A DNA stretch of 63,908 nucleotides, the filler included, from Octopus bimaculoides (taxonomy: Eukaryota): the NCBI RefSeq assembly GCF_001194135.2. It is 6 parts of 6 records of this genome, joined end to end, with 100 filler letters (N's around TTAATTAATTAA, not from the genome) between each part and the next. Parts side by side here need not be neighbours in the genome. Positions count along the whole stretch, not along the records: positions 21,337 to 51,594 come from NC_069004.1; 5 more parts are not named here. One strand, written 5' to 3'. Numbering within the stretch: the stretch's first letter is position 1; every line of letters starts with the position of its first letter. The notes under the pieces were generated by a model. It was not told the DNA's origin, did not search any database, and saw only the letters and a list, made by a program, of their open reading frames with translations. This document shows, one piece after another, positions 25,726-38,124 of this stretch. The position numbers and the translations under genes are program-made.

Positions 25726-26069
25726 TTGATGCATGACAAACGACATGAGGCGAACAACAGCCACACACAACAGCAACAGAAACACAGATACAAACGTAGA
25801 GAGCGAAATAACGAGCTATCTCCGGCATAAAGTTTCCTAGCTACTTATTTATTCCTTCTATCCATCCATACATTAACGACCGGCTGCTTTGCTCTCATAT
25901 TAGTAATACACACAGAAGCATCAGTTCAGCGATATTATGGAACAACAGCAACACTATAAAACTGGTTTTCTCCGATCTTAGCGACATCAGCTCTCCGTAG
26001 CCACCTTTGTTTTTGTGTTAACTAATTCTTTATTGTCGTCGTCATCGTCCTCTCCGTTTTTATCACATC

Positions 26070-26427
26070 TTTGACCACCCCTACCTTTTTCTCTTTATCC
26101 TTCTTTCATATTCCTCCTCCTGCTCCTCCTTTCTCTCTCTCTCTGTCTCTGTCTCCTCCTCTCTCAGTCTCTTTCTATTTACCTTCGCCTTTAACTTTCT
26201 CTCTCCCTCTCCCACAACAGGCTATTGAAGTGTCAACTGCTTACACCTTCAATTTCCCTCTCTCACGTTACTTACTTTATCTACTTCGTTCCTCTCTTCC
26301 TCGCTCTTATTCCCTCTCCCACTTCATTGTTTCTTCCTCTCTGTCTTTTTCTCCCTCTTCCTTTCTCAGTTTCTTTCTATTTCTTTTCTTTATCTCTCAC
26401 TCTTCAAACCTTTCTCTTCGCGCTTCG

Positions 26428-26490
<63 letters not shown>

Positions 26491-27530
26491 TACAGACCAC
26501 TTAACTATCATAGACTCACACCTTCTCCCCCCCCTCTCACATTACTTACTCTTTCTAGCTTACTACATTCTACCCTGTTCACCTTTCCCTCTCGCTATAC
26601 TACCATTGTCTCTCTCTTTCTCTTTCTATCTCACGCTCTCTTTTCCTTTATCAATCTCTTACTATCTCCCTTTCTGGCCGTTCACTTTTACTCTCTCCCT
26701 CTCCTACTGTAGCCAGTTAAGTATCATCTACTGCCATCCCCACCTTCTCCCTCTACCATTGTTTCTCTTTCTTTCACTCCCTCCCTCTCTCTCTTACTGT
26801 TTCTCTGCACTTTTACTTCCTCCCTTCCTTTCTCACTCTCTTACTATTCCCCCTTCTGGTCTTTCATATTCTCTCTCCCTCTCCCACTATAGGCCACTTA
26901 AGTATCATCTACAGACGTTTACACCTTCTCCCACTCTCACATTACTTACTCTATCTACCTTGATACATACCACTCTGCTCCACTATTCTCTCTCTGTTCC
27001 TTTCTCTTTTCTCCCCCTCTCTCCCCTTCTCAATTTCTTATTATTTCCCTTTCTTTTACTCTCTATCTTTCGCTTAACCTTTCACTCTCTCTCTCTCTCT
27101 CTCAATCAACAGGCTACTTTATCGTGACACCTTCCCACTCTCTCAATCTTACATACCTTACTCTATCTACATTCATCGCCTTTCTCTCACCTCACACCAC
27201 ATTTCTTTATGCTTCCATCCCTCTTTTTACCCCTCTAGGTCTTTCGCTATTTCCCTTTCTTTCTCTCTCACTCTCTCTCTCTCCCTTTCCTATTCCTCTT
27301 TCGCTTTGCTTTCATTTCCCCCTCCCCCTTTACAGTCTTAAGTATCACATACTCAGGCCATCACCTTCCTTTCTATCTCCCTATACCACTGTTCTGTCTG
27401 TCTATTTGTCCGTCCCTCTTCCTCTTTCTCTCTCTCTTTCTCTCTAATACACCGTAAACCTCCACTCTCTCTTTTTCTCTCCCCTCTCCCATCTCTTCCT
27501 CTCTCTGTTCCCTTTGCTTCTCTGGCAATG
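26070..27530 (+). repeat. Polypyrimidine (CT-rich) domain with a cryptic repeat of about 200 bp
   Basis: Recurring cttaagtatcat and acaccttc...ctctcacattacttactct motifs separated by CT tracts. Confidence 0.75.
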
Positions 27531-27539
27531 TAACTACAC

Positions 27540-27720
27540 ATGTGCTATCGATGATATTTTTCCGGCTGACGAAGAGCGCTATGCTCGAAACGTTAAGCTC
27601 TCTCCTTTCACCGAGCGTCAAACTAATACACTTATTGTGGACGTCCTCACGTTCGTTGTTTTTTCTTCTTTCCTTCGTTTTCTATTCGTCCGTTTATTTG
27701 AATTGACAATATCTCTCTTT
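27540..27720 (+). mobile_element. Penelope-like terminal repeat fragment with hammerhead core
   Basis: CTGACGA-A-GAGC(gctat)GCTC-GAAA-CGTT at 27566-27594. Downstream gagcgtcaaactaatacac is shared, inverted, with about 29710-29730. Confidence 0.6.
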
Positions 27721-28371
27721 TACCCCATCCATCTCTCTATCTGTCTGACTATCAGTCTATCTATCTATCTCTCTATCTGCCTGTCTATCAGTCTATCTAT
27801 CTATCTCTCTATCTGCCTGTCTATCTCTCTATCTACTTATACATCTTTCATTGTCTCCAAAGCCTCACCCCCCAAAAAAAACAAAAAAACAAAACAATGT
27901 TCTGTTATAAACAAAACCCCCCAAAACACCTGTTTTTATATAAATAGGCTAGATCTCTGTAATTTCACAGATTTATATTTGACAAGTTCGAAAGACGAAC
28001 GAAAGCGCTAATATATGTATAAAATAAATGAAAGAAGTTATTCTAAAATTCTGACGACTTTTTTTTCAATATTTACTTCTNNNNNNNNNNNNNNNNNNNN
28101 NNNNNNNNNNNNNNNNNNNNNNNNNNNNNNNNNNNNNNNNNNNNNNNNNNNNNNNNNNNNNNNNNNNNNNNNNNNNNNNNNNNNNNNNNNNNNNNNNNNN
28201 NNNNNNNNNNNNNNNNNNNNNNNNNNNNNNNNNNNNNNNNNNNNNNNNNNNNNNNNNNNNNNNNNNNNNNNNNNNNNNNNNNNNNNNNNNNNNNNNNNNN
28301 NNNNNNNNNNNNNNNNNNNNNNNNNNNNNNNNNNNNNNNNNNNNNNNATATATATATATATATATATATAT

Positions 28372-28873
28372 ATGGTGGTTGTCTACTCCTTATACAGAGT
28401 TTGACCATCTCCTTTACCCACACCTTATTAACATCATGGCATCTGATGTGACTTTTTAAACCAGTCAATGTTTTGAAAAGACATTCACATAGATTGCACA
28501 TCCGATTTGGACCACTAACAGCTGCAGATAAGTTCTGATCTTTGTGGTTCTTAAAATGTCTTTTGTGGCTTCCGTTAGATTTGCTGGCCTTCTGGAATAC
28601 ATTGCATTGAAAGGTGTGCACAAACATATAGGCAGAATAGTTGGTGGAAGTTCGTTTTCCATGGGTTCGCAGATGAGATTTGAGGCCAGCAAACGAAAGG
28701 CATGGTCTGTCACAAACTGTGAACACAAAAAGACCATTGTGATTCACCTTCTTTGAGCGCAGCATTCTTCTTGAAATTTCTTTTGAGTCTTGCATGCATT
28801 ATCCTGGATTCTTCAAACGCTTTCACTCCTCTCCACACTTTTGTTTGCCATCCAGCTCGATTCGAAGCAAGGG
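28372..28873 (-). mobile_element. RTE-like LINE 3' end encoding three C2H2 fingers (decayed)
   Basis: NRAGWQTKVWRGVKAFEESR...KR (RTE C-terminal motif), then FTVCDRPCLSFAGLKSHLRTH, CNVFQKASKSNGSHKRHFKNH and CNLCECLFKTLTGLKSHIRCH; ends caaccaccat followed by (AT)n. Confidence 0.75.
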
Positions 28874-28889
28874 TTTGTATGTATATACA

Positions 28890-29027
28890 TGACCGGCTTC
28901 TGTCAGTTTCGACTACCAAATCCATCCACGAAGATCTGGGCTATAGTAGAAGACATTTGCCCAAAGTTCCACGCAGTGGGAATGACCCTAGAATCACCCG
29001 GTTGCGAATCAAACATGGTACCATTAA
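28890..29027 (-). mobile_element. 5' part of SINE family A
   Basis: Reverse complement resembles the cccactgcgtgg...tgggcaaatgtcttctactatagcc...ggatttggtag segment. Confidence 0.7.
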
Positions 29028-29617
29028 ATTCGTTTGGTAAATTGCATATACAAAGCACCAAAATGTCTCTCAATTACACGATTATCCTATTTTTCCAACT
29101 TTTAAATCAAATCAAAATTGTCATATTGTATCTTTAAGCTCTAAATAATCGAATAGAAAAGAAAATGTGATTTGATATCAATAAAGCTGTTCTAGAAGAT
29201 TCTGATTTTATGATGAATTAAAATAATGGTCGTCAGGATTTCTTATTTACAAATAAACGATGTGTAAAAGAGTATGAATTTTATTCCAGCTATTGCGATC
29301 ATTTCGAAGAATTAAAGACAATTGATATCAATATTCATGGAGATTTGCATCCAATTTTTTTTTAATAGTGCAATAAAGTTCTTCAATAAACGAATCGTCG
29401 CTGGAAGTAAAATTTGTAAAAAGATACTTTTGAGTTGAGCGATCAATAGGCGCCATCTTGTATAGCTTCACTTTCGCACCTGTATCAATATGTACATAGG
29501 CATGTGCACTCATATGTGCATACATGCAGACATAGATTACGTTCACACATGTGTATACATATCTATCTACCTATAATATAAATATATAACGTGCATACAT
29601 ACATATATATACACATA

Positions 29618-29651
<34 letters not shown>

Positions 29652-29654
<3 letters not shown>

Positions 29655-29755
29655 GAGAATTTACGAAAAAAACAACAACAGACGAGGACAGGTGGTGTAA
29701 ACCACAAAAGGATGTATTAGTTTAACGCTTGGGAATAGAGAAAGATACTTTGGAA
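29652..29755 (-). mobile_element. Penelope-like terminal fragment, same family as 27540-27720, lacking the hammerhead part
   Basis: tgtattagtttaacgctt is the near reverse complement of gagcgtcaaactaataca. Confidence 0.5.
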
Positions 29756-29757
29756 TT

Positions 29758-29789
<32 letters not shown>

Positions 29790-30780
29790 ACTTTCAATGG
29801 AAAATGTAATAATTTTAGGATATAAACAAGTAATCGTATCTTAGAAACTCAATATGGAAGCTATGTTAATTATGTAAACACATTTTTTTACTAGCTATTT
29901 AATCAGTTTCTATCGTAAATAACGTCTATACGGATGCATAAATAAATGTTCATATATTTATGCATATTTTTAAATATTTATATACGGGGTGTACATGCAC
30001 GCGCGTACACACGTAAGCATATATGCATGTGCGTGTGTCTGTATATATGACTGTATGTATGTACATTGGAAATTGCGTAAAAGACGCTTTAATATATTTT
30101 GTTTATTGTAAAATTATTACGAATTCATTGCACATAAACAATAAAATTTTATATGGACCCCAAGGGAGTAAGGTCAAAGCGGTAACCCAGCATGGCCGCA
30201 GTTTAAACAAACAAAGGGGAAATCATGCAAAAGATAAAAGATAAAAGCGTTAAGATAACATTTAATAAGATCGAGCACTTACTGACCTCTACTGACTTGA
30301 ATGTCTTCCAGGTGCACTGGAGCATAAATATGGCAGGAATCTTGATGGTATTTGATTCAGAATTCATAAATTCATCGAGATGGTTTTGAAACATTATTTC
30401 AACAGACCAATCAACTGTACATATACGTCTTGGCATACAACTGTCCGGTTCAGCTTCTGTTGGTTTGTGTCGTTTTGTGTTGTTTAAGTGTGTATTTGTG
30501 CATGAGTAAACACGTATTTAACGTGAAATGCCAGTTGTATGTATTGGGTAACGGGCGTGGGAGCAGGGCTTTCATTATGTGCTAATACAGTTGAGAAACC
30601 TCGGATTCTGACTGACAAATATTGTCGTTATTTCAGTGAGTGGTTAAAATAAAATTTTAAAAATTTAATGGAAAAAAATTTTGCAGTTCATGGATAAGTT
30701 TATTAGGAACAAATATTCGCAGACACGTACAGATACCTACAGGCATACATAATACATACCAGTATTGTGTGTATAATAAT

Positions 30781-30972
30781 TCTTTCTACTAAAGGCACAA
30801 TGCCTTAAATTTTGGTGTTCAGTGTTCAACTGGTACTTAATTTATCGATCCCGAAAGGATGAAAGGTAAGGTAAAGTCAACCTCGGCAGAATTTGAACTC
30901 AGAACATGAAGACAGACGAAATACCGGTAAGAATTTCGTCCAGTGTGCTAACGACTCTGCCAGCTCGCTACC
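30781..30972 (-). mobile_element. SINE family B
   Basis: gaatttgaactcagaac...gacgaaatacc...ctgccagctcgc; imperfect attgtgtgtataa duplication on the flanks. Confidence 0.8.
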
Positions 30973-31165
30973 ATTCATTGTGTGTGTATAAGAAATAGAG
31001 TGTTGCACTCACCATCTAACGATCATGATTTCAATTCCTGGATCGGGCGGTGCATTGTGAAAAGCAACGCGGAAGGGAGGGCCTCTAACCAGGCCTTTCA
31101 CGACATCCTTAAAGTCAGGGACTTTCATCACCCACTCGTATATATATATATGTGTGTGTGTGTGC

Positions 31166-31199
<34 letters not shown>

Positions 31200-31609
31200 A
31201 TATACATATGTGCTATATATATAATCATGTACACACACACACACATTTTAGTATTCGCATGGTGTAGAAGGCTGACCATTCATAGAATTTACGATGAATG
31301 CTCTCAGCAATAAGCCTTCTTGAATTAATTTGTTATTTTCCGGATCGTATTTACTGAAGAAACCTGTTATTCAAGATATTTTCTCAAACCTGAATTCACC
31401 ATGGAAACAATATGTTTGAAAGAGGCAATAACAACATCGAGGAAGAACCGAAAAGGATAAAGAAAATCCTATTAGACGTGGGCATAGAAGAAACTGAATT
31501 ATATCATATATTGAATATCGTGTTCCTATGAATATAGGTCAGAATGTGTTGCAAAGAAATATACATATCAGTTTTAATCCGCATAAGTTTTCGTGCCTAT
31601 ATCAATCCA

Positions 31610-31830
31610 TCCATTTCCTCCAGTCACTGTTCTATGGAGGGTTGTTGTGGGTAGAGTCTTAAGGTACTTCGTCCATAGGGTCATATTAGAAGCGCAGAGC
31701 GCCACGAGAGTACAAATTAGGTGGGCAGTAAAAAGCACTTCAAGGACACACTTAAAGCCGCACTGGAGAGCTTTGAGATCAACCCTGACATGATGCTCTT
31801 CCAGTCGAAACCGGAATCATCATGAGCTTC
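31610..31830 (+). mobile_element. Degenerate RTE/BovB-like LINE C-terminal fragment
   Basis: With one frameshift reads GGQKKHFKDTLKAALESFEINPD, preceded by an FYGxL-like motif. Confidence 0.7.
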
Positions 31831-32305
31831 CCGGTGGACTTGCTTTGCCTTGCCTTTTGTACCAGTGTAAAGCAGATGTTCAGCTCATACAAGGTAATCC
31901 ATGACCAGTCTGGAATATTTCTTAAGTTTCTGGAGCATTTTTACCAAGTTTCTCCGAAAAGTTTTATTGCATGGCAACCCACCAAATTATCTTCACGTTT
32001 TGACCGCATTCTACAAACGAATCAGCTGTGATAAGCAGTATTTGGTAAGATATATTCAAAGTGCTGTTACAACTACATGTTTCAGTGAGGTATAACAAAG
32101 GTTGGCAGGTCAGCTTATTAGATGTTTAGTAATAATAATGATATACTAACATTGCAATAAACTAAGAGAGTTATAAGTGTTTTTCTTAAAAGTGTCTCAA
32201 AACTGGAATGCGCCGCATATGTTGCTATTCTGTAAGATTAGCCCGCCAGTGATTATAACAACGACTACAATAAGACAATTATAAACTGTGAGAGTACAAA
32301 CTGTA

Positions 32306-32703
32306 AGGAATGGCTGTGTGGTAAGAAACTTGCTTCCCAACCACATGGTTCCGGTTTCAGTCCCACTGCGTGGCACCTTGGGCAAGTGTCTTCTGCTTAT
32401 AAGCCTCGGGCCGACCAAAGNNNNNNNNNNNNNNNNNNNNNNNNNNNNNNNNNNNNNNNNNNNNNNNNNNNNNNNNNNNNNNNNNNNNNNNNNNNNNNNN
32501 NNNNNNNNNNNNNNNNNNNNNNNNNNNNNNNNNNNNNNNNNNNNNNNNNNNNNNNNNNNNNNNNNNNNNNNNNNNNNNNNNNNNNNNNNNNNNNNNNNNN
32601 NNNNNNNNNNNNNNNNNNNNNNNNNNNNNNNNNNNNNNTCTTCGACTAAAGGCGGTGCTCCAGCATGGCCGCAGTCAATTGACTGAAACAAGTAAAAGAG
32701 TAA
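32306..32703 (+). mobile_element. SINE family A (tRNA-like head, CORE-like ccttgggcaagtgtctt), spanning a gap
   Basis: Head tggctgtgtggtaag...ggtttcagtccc; tail ggcggtgctccagcatggccgcagtc...gaaacaagtaaaagag. Confidence 0.85.
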
Positions 32704-33199
32704 GTGAAATATATAATTAATGATATTGCTTAAGACAAAAATTATTCCGTTTTTAAGATTCTGGCAACAGCATAAAATAGATTCGACTAGCATTGATAAC
32801 GGATCCACTGAGTGGAGTTTGACAATGATCAAAGATATCGGAGATGAATATTTACTGCAGAGAATGAAGCACCATTTTGGCAAATAAACATCTGTTTATA
32901 CTCCCACTCGACAACACACTGCTAGATAGTATCGCGAAGATGAAGAAATAAACAGGCAAAACAATAAAAATGCCATCATGGATTTAGAAAGCAGAAAAAT
33001 GATGGTTGATTTATAGAAAATTATCAGTTTTATGAAGATACTTATCAACTGTAAACGAATAAAAAATAAATAAATAAATAAATAAATAATTACGTTTCTC
33101 AGCAAAGAGAACGAAAGAAGAAAATATAAAAATTGTATAGAGATATATTAAAGAAAGAATACTTGAAAAGAAAGTTATCGACCTCAAAACATGAGCTGA

Positions 33200-33440
33200 A
33201 AGCTGTCAATGAGACACTCTGCCATCAGAAGTGTAAGCTGAAAGGAAAATAATTAACGAGAAATTCAATCGAAATCAATCAGCATTCTACAGAGATATAA
33301 AAGGAGAATCAATAAAAGTCAAAGAGGTTCTCTTTCATGAAGATACAGATTCATCATGGAGGGAATATTCTGGAGTGAGAAGAAAAAAAGTGTTCAACAA
33401 AGATACAATCTGGTTGGAAGAAATCTGAAATCTGCAATAT
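33200..33440 (+). mobile_element. Degenerate R4/Dong-like LINE fragment (pre-RT region)
   Basis: EKFNRNQSAFYRDIKGESIKVKEV...KVFNKDTIWLEEI resembles the N..F..NQ..FY..L...W motif of this clade. Confidence 0.5.
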
Positions 33441-33789
33441 GAAACCTGAAAAATTGCTCGTTTGTTACTTCAAGAATATACACTCTCTTTGCTTTATAAG
33501 AAAGCATATTTTTCTTTACTCCACACATAGATAAAACACACCCTTCTATGTGAGAAACAGCTAGAGGGCATTATCAAAACGTAGAAGATATAAACCAAGG
33601 GTATACTTACTAATATTATCAAAGAATATTAGGGGAATATTCCTGTCAAAATCTTTGTAAAATGTAGGCATAACCAAACATGATCTGGAACAGAGAAAGA
33701 GAACTATATTAGGGATCAGTTACCCAATAAATGCTTACATAATGTTTAAGATGTACGAAGAAGAAATGAAAAGGAAACTTTTATGCAGA

Positions 33790-33876
33790 TGAATTTGAAC
33801 TCAGAACGTAACGGCAGACGAAATACCTTTAAGTATTTCGCCCGGCGTGCTAACGTTTCTGCCAAATCGCCGTCTT
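33790..33876 (-). mobile_element. 5' fragment of SINE family B
   Basis: Near-identical to about 17205-17286. Confidence 0.85.
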
Positions 33877-33960
33877 CGGTCTTAACAGCTATTATGAAGG
33901 AATTACTCTCTTCACTGTAATGATTGCGTCCAATAGGAGAAAGCGCATGTATAAGTACAT

Positions 33961-34037
33961 ATTCTTTTCTATTCTTTTGCTTGTCTCAGTCATTTGACTG
34001 CGGCCATGCTGGAGCATCGCCTTAAAGAGTTTTAGTC
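33961..34037 (-). mobile_element. 3' end of SINE family A
   Basis: Reverse complement of the 32638-32703 tail. Confidence 0.8.
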
Positions 34038-35026
34038 NNNNNNNNNNNNNNNNNNNNNNNNNNNNNNNNNNNNNNNNNNNNNNNNNNNNNNNNNNNNNNN
34101 NNNNNNNNNNNNNNNNNNNNNNNNNNNNNNNNNNNNNNNNNNNNNNNNNNNNNNNNNNNNNNNNNNNNNNNNNNNNNNNNNNNNNNNNNNNNNNNNNNNN
34201 NNNNNNNNNNNNNNNNNNNNNNNNNNNNNNNNNNNNNNNNNNNNNNNNNNNNNNNNNNNNNNNNNNNNNNNNNNNNNNNNNNNNNNNNNNNNNNNNNNNN
34301 NNNNNNNNNNNNNNNNNNNNNNNNNNNNNNNNNNNNNNNNNNNNNNNNNNNNNNNNNNNNNNNNNNNNNNNNNNNNNNNNNNNNNNNNNNNNNNNNNNNN
34401 NNNNNNNNNNNNNNNNNNNNNNNNNNNNNNNNNNNNNNNNNNNNNNNNNNNNNNNNNNNNNNNNNNNNNNNNNNNNNNNNNNNNNNNNNNNNNNNNNNNN
34501 NNNNNNNNNNNNNNNNNNNNNNNNNNNNNNNNNNNNNNNNNNNNNNNNNNNNNNNNNNNNNNNNNNNNNNNNNNNNNNNNNNNNNNNNNNNNNNNNNNNN
34601 NNNNNNNNNNNNNNNNNNNNNNNNNNNNNNNNNNNNNNNNNNNNNNNNNNNNNNNNNNNNNNNNNNNNNNNNNNNNNNNNNNNNNNNNNNNNNNNNNNNN
34701 NTCTACAAAAATTACATTAATATTGCATTTTTTTTTTCTACAGAAATTAGCGACACAGTGTCTCAGAATGTCGGAATCTGTCGAGACCAGCAGAAAAATC
34801 AAGGGAAAAAAATACAATAACAAAATATTTCAAAGAAAATCTCTCTAGATTTGGAAGTGATGACAGCTTAAAAGTGCACGACCACGAGCATCAATCATTT
34901 ATGTATTAATGAAATACATTATTGATTAAGTTAGCTAAGTTGATTAGTGACAGGAAGAAATACTTCATACAGGTTTGCGAGAATATGTTCTTACATTGAC
35001 AGACTGATAGATAGATAGATAGATAT

Positions 35027-35074
<48 letters not shown>

Positions 35075-35791
35075 GAAGATAGATATTTGCTGGCGTATCA
35101 AATAAAAGCCGCAATGTCTTCATGCTATTCATTCATCACTTGATGATTACGGCATGATGTATAAGAACATGTACAAACACACAAACACCCAAGTGCGCCC
35201 ACATACACTCTCACACACACAAACACACACACATAAGCATTTTCAATGACACAAACGCATATTTGTTGAAATACAATTTTCAGTTGAAAATGAATAGAAT
35301 ATGCTACCTATCTTTATATATAAATACATATATATATATATANNNNNNNNNNNNNNNNNNNNNNNNNNNNNNNNNNNNNNNNNNNNNNNNNNNNNNNNNN
35401 NNNNNNNNNNNNNNNNNNNNNNNNNNNNNNNNNNNNNNNNNNNNNNNNNNNNNNNNNNNNNNNNNNNNNNNNNNNNNNNNNNNNNNNNNNNNNNNNNNNN
35501 NNNNNNNNNNNNNNNNNNNNNNNNNNNNNNNNNNNNNNNNNNNNNNNNNNNNNNNNNNNNNNNNNNNNNNNNNNNNNNNNNNNNNNNNNNNNNNNNNNNN
35601 NNNNNNNNNNNNNNNNNNNNNNNNNNNNNNNNNNNNNNNNNNNNNNNNNNNNNNNNNNNNNNNNNNNNNNNNNNNNNNNNNNNNNCATCAACTTTCTCTA
35701 AAAGCAGGTAGTAATTTTACCTTGTACTTATTCTTAGTGCAACTTTTCAAGAGTACAGTTTGGTTTTAACAGTTATTTTTTCAAAGCTATA

Positions 35792-36515
35792 ATGGAAATG
35801 ACAAAGGAGCATATTCGGCATATTTTGCTTTATGAGTTCAATAAAAAGCAACAACGCAACGGAAAGTGCGAAGAATATTAATGCAGTATATGGGGAATCG
35901 GACAATAAACGTAAGCCAGTGTCAACGGTGGTTTCAGAAATTCCGAGCTGGAAACTACAGCCTAGAGGACGAGCCTCGTCTTGGAGGATCTGTAGAACTT
36001 GACGAAGATGTCCTGCAAACTCTGGTGGAACAAAATCCCATCATAACTGCTCAGGAGCTAACAGAGAAGCTTGGATTTGGTCATTCAACCGCTCATCGAC
36101 ACCGGCATGCCATCGGAAAAGTCAGCATATTGATCAATGATATGTTCCTCACAAACTTTCCGAGACTAATCGCGCCCAGGGAGGGAACGTGTGCTCTTCT
36201 TTGCTGTCACGTGACACGAATGAACCGTTTTTGGACCAAAGAGTAACTGGTGACGAGTAATAGAGGTTCTCTATTAAAATGTCAAGCGCCGAAGACAGTG
36301 AGTAGGGAAAGGAGAAACATCCTAGGCTAAAGAAGATCTCCACCCGCGTAAGGTGTTGTTACCTGTGTGGTGGGATGTGAAAGGTTTAGTCCACTTTGAA
36401 CTTTTAAACCGAAACCAAACGATAACAAAGGAGATCTAATGAGAGCAGCTTGAGCGGCTTAAGTCAACGCTAGAAGAAAAACGACCATCTTTGGTTTGAA
36501 GACCAAAGGTTTCCG
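35792..36515 (+). pseudogene. mariner (Tc1/mariner) transposase relic, truncated
   Basis: MEMTKEHIRHILLYEF...QCQRWFQKFRAGNYSLEDEPR (HTH); VTGDE (first catalytic Asp); LHPRKVLLPVWWDVKGLVHFELL; frameshifts and stops; the later catalytic Asp residues are absent. Confidence 0.9.
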
Positions 36516-36682
36516 GTCGTTTGACTATCTTCTACCGTGTAGAAATTGCCTGTTCTAGGGAATTTCTTTTGTGTTTAAATGTACACCATTTTATATTTTA
36601 TATTGAGAATATGTTGTCTATTGACTTTCTTTAACACATGCTAGGCCACTGGTAGTGAAATTTGTAAAAATATTTGCTACTC

Positions 36683-37140
36683 CATATGGTTGTGTGGTAA
36701 AAAGCCTATGGTAAGAAGCCTGCTTCTTTATGGTTGTCTGTCCTTGTATGTCCCCTCTTTGTAACGCCTCTAATGGCGAATTTCATGAAATAAAGAAGCC
36801 TACTTTTAACCACATGGTTCCGAGTTCAGTTCCACTGCGTGACACTTTCGGCTAGTGTTTTCTACTATAGCCTCAGACAAACCAAAGCCTTGTGAGTGGA
36901 TTTGGTAGATATCCATATATCTATGTATATATTTGTGTGTTTGTGTCTCTTTGCTACTCCGCAATCGCTTGACAACCGATCTTGGTGTGTTTATGTCCCC
37001 GTAACATAGGGGTTCGACAAAAGAGACCAATAGAAGTACCAGGCTTACAAAGAATAAATCCCGGGGTCGGTTTCTTCGACTAAACGGCGCTACTCCAGCA
37101 TGGCCACGATGAAGATGACTGAAACAAGTAAAAGAATATA
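36683..37140 (+). mobile_element. SINE family A, near full length, with an insertion in the head
   Basis: Head, CORE-like segment and aagtaaaagaat tail all match the other copies. Confidence 0.85.
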
Positions 37141-37156
37141 TATATATATATCTGCT

Positions 37157-37208
<52 letters not shown>

Positions 37209-37478
37209 CATCTATCTAGCTAGCTATCTACCTATCTATCTATGTACTTAATTTATCCGTTTGTTTGTCTGTGTATTTATCTAATTTTCTATTTATGTAA
37301 CTATGTATGGATATATATTTACACACATGCATACATACATACATATATATATAGATAGATACATACATACACATATATATATTGTATGACACCTATTCGC
37401 TCCCTCTGTATAAAAGTACATATAAATAGCACAACTATGTTTGCATGTTTATACACACACATATATATATACATACAT

Positions 37479-37575
<97 letters not shown>
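37140..37575. repeat. (AT)n, (CT)n and (TATC)n microsatellite block
   Basis: Read directly. Confidence 0.9.
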
Positions 37576-37577
<2 letters not shown>

Positions 37578-37589
37578 CATACATATATG

Positions 37590-37710
37590 GGATTGGTTTG
37601 TCTCAGCTTCCATCTACTGAATTCATTTAAAAGGCTTTCGTCTGCAACGTAGTGGAACTGAACCTAGAACCACATGGCTGGAAAGCAAGCTTCTTACCAC
37701 GCAGCCATAC
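37590..37710 (-). mobile_element. 5' part of SINE family A, inverted relative to 36683
   Basis: gaaccacatgg...aagcaagcttcttaccacgcagcca is the reverse complement of the head. Confidence 0.75.
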
Positions 37711-38029
37711 AAATTAACCTAAATCTCCTGCAAATCTTATAAGACCGCGTTGACAGTGTGTATAATAAATTATGTTGCACCTTACATGTATGTAGATTAC
37801 CGCAATAGCTGCTGATAATCTCTTCAGTATTATACGTCATGTCAGCGAGTGTATATAGAGAGAGTGTATATAGAATGAGTGTATATAGAGTGAGTGTATA
37901 TAACAGCTATACATTTGAAATGATTGTGGTTTTCGATTGTAGGTGAAATGAACGCAGTAACACTTGTGCGCCAGAGGCTAAAGTTTATTATAGTAATTTC
38001 GTTAGTGTATGGAGACTGTGAAAATATTA

Positions 38030-38082
38030 GTAGCACTAGTAGCAGCGGCAGGGGCAGCGGCAGTAGCAGCAGCAGCAGCAAC

Positions 38083-38124
<42 letters not shown>

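Noticed and set aside
26071-27447. ORFs of 213, 300 and 107 aa rich in S, L, F and P
   Set aside because: Stop codons are rare on a CT-rich strand; overlapping frames are open with the same low-complexity composition.
28400-28760. Host C2H2 zinc-finger gene
   Set aside because: Fingers are decayed, lack TGEKP linkers, follow an RTE C-terminal motif and end in a shared retroposon tail; treated as LINE-derived.
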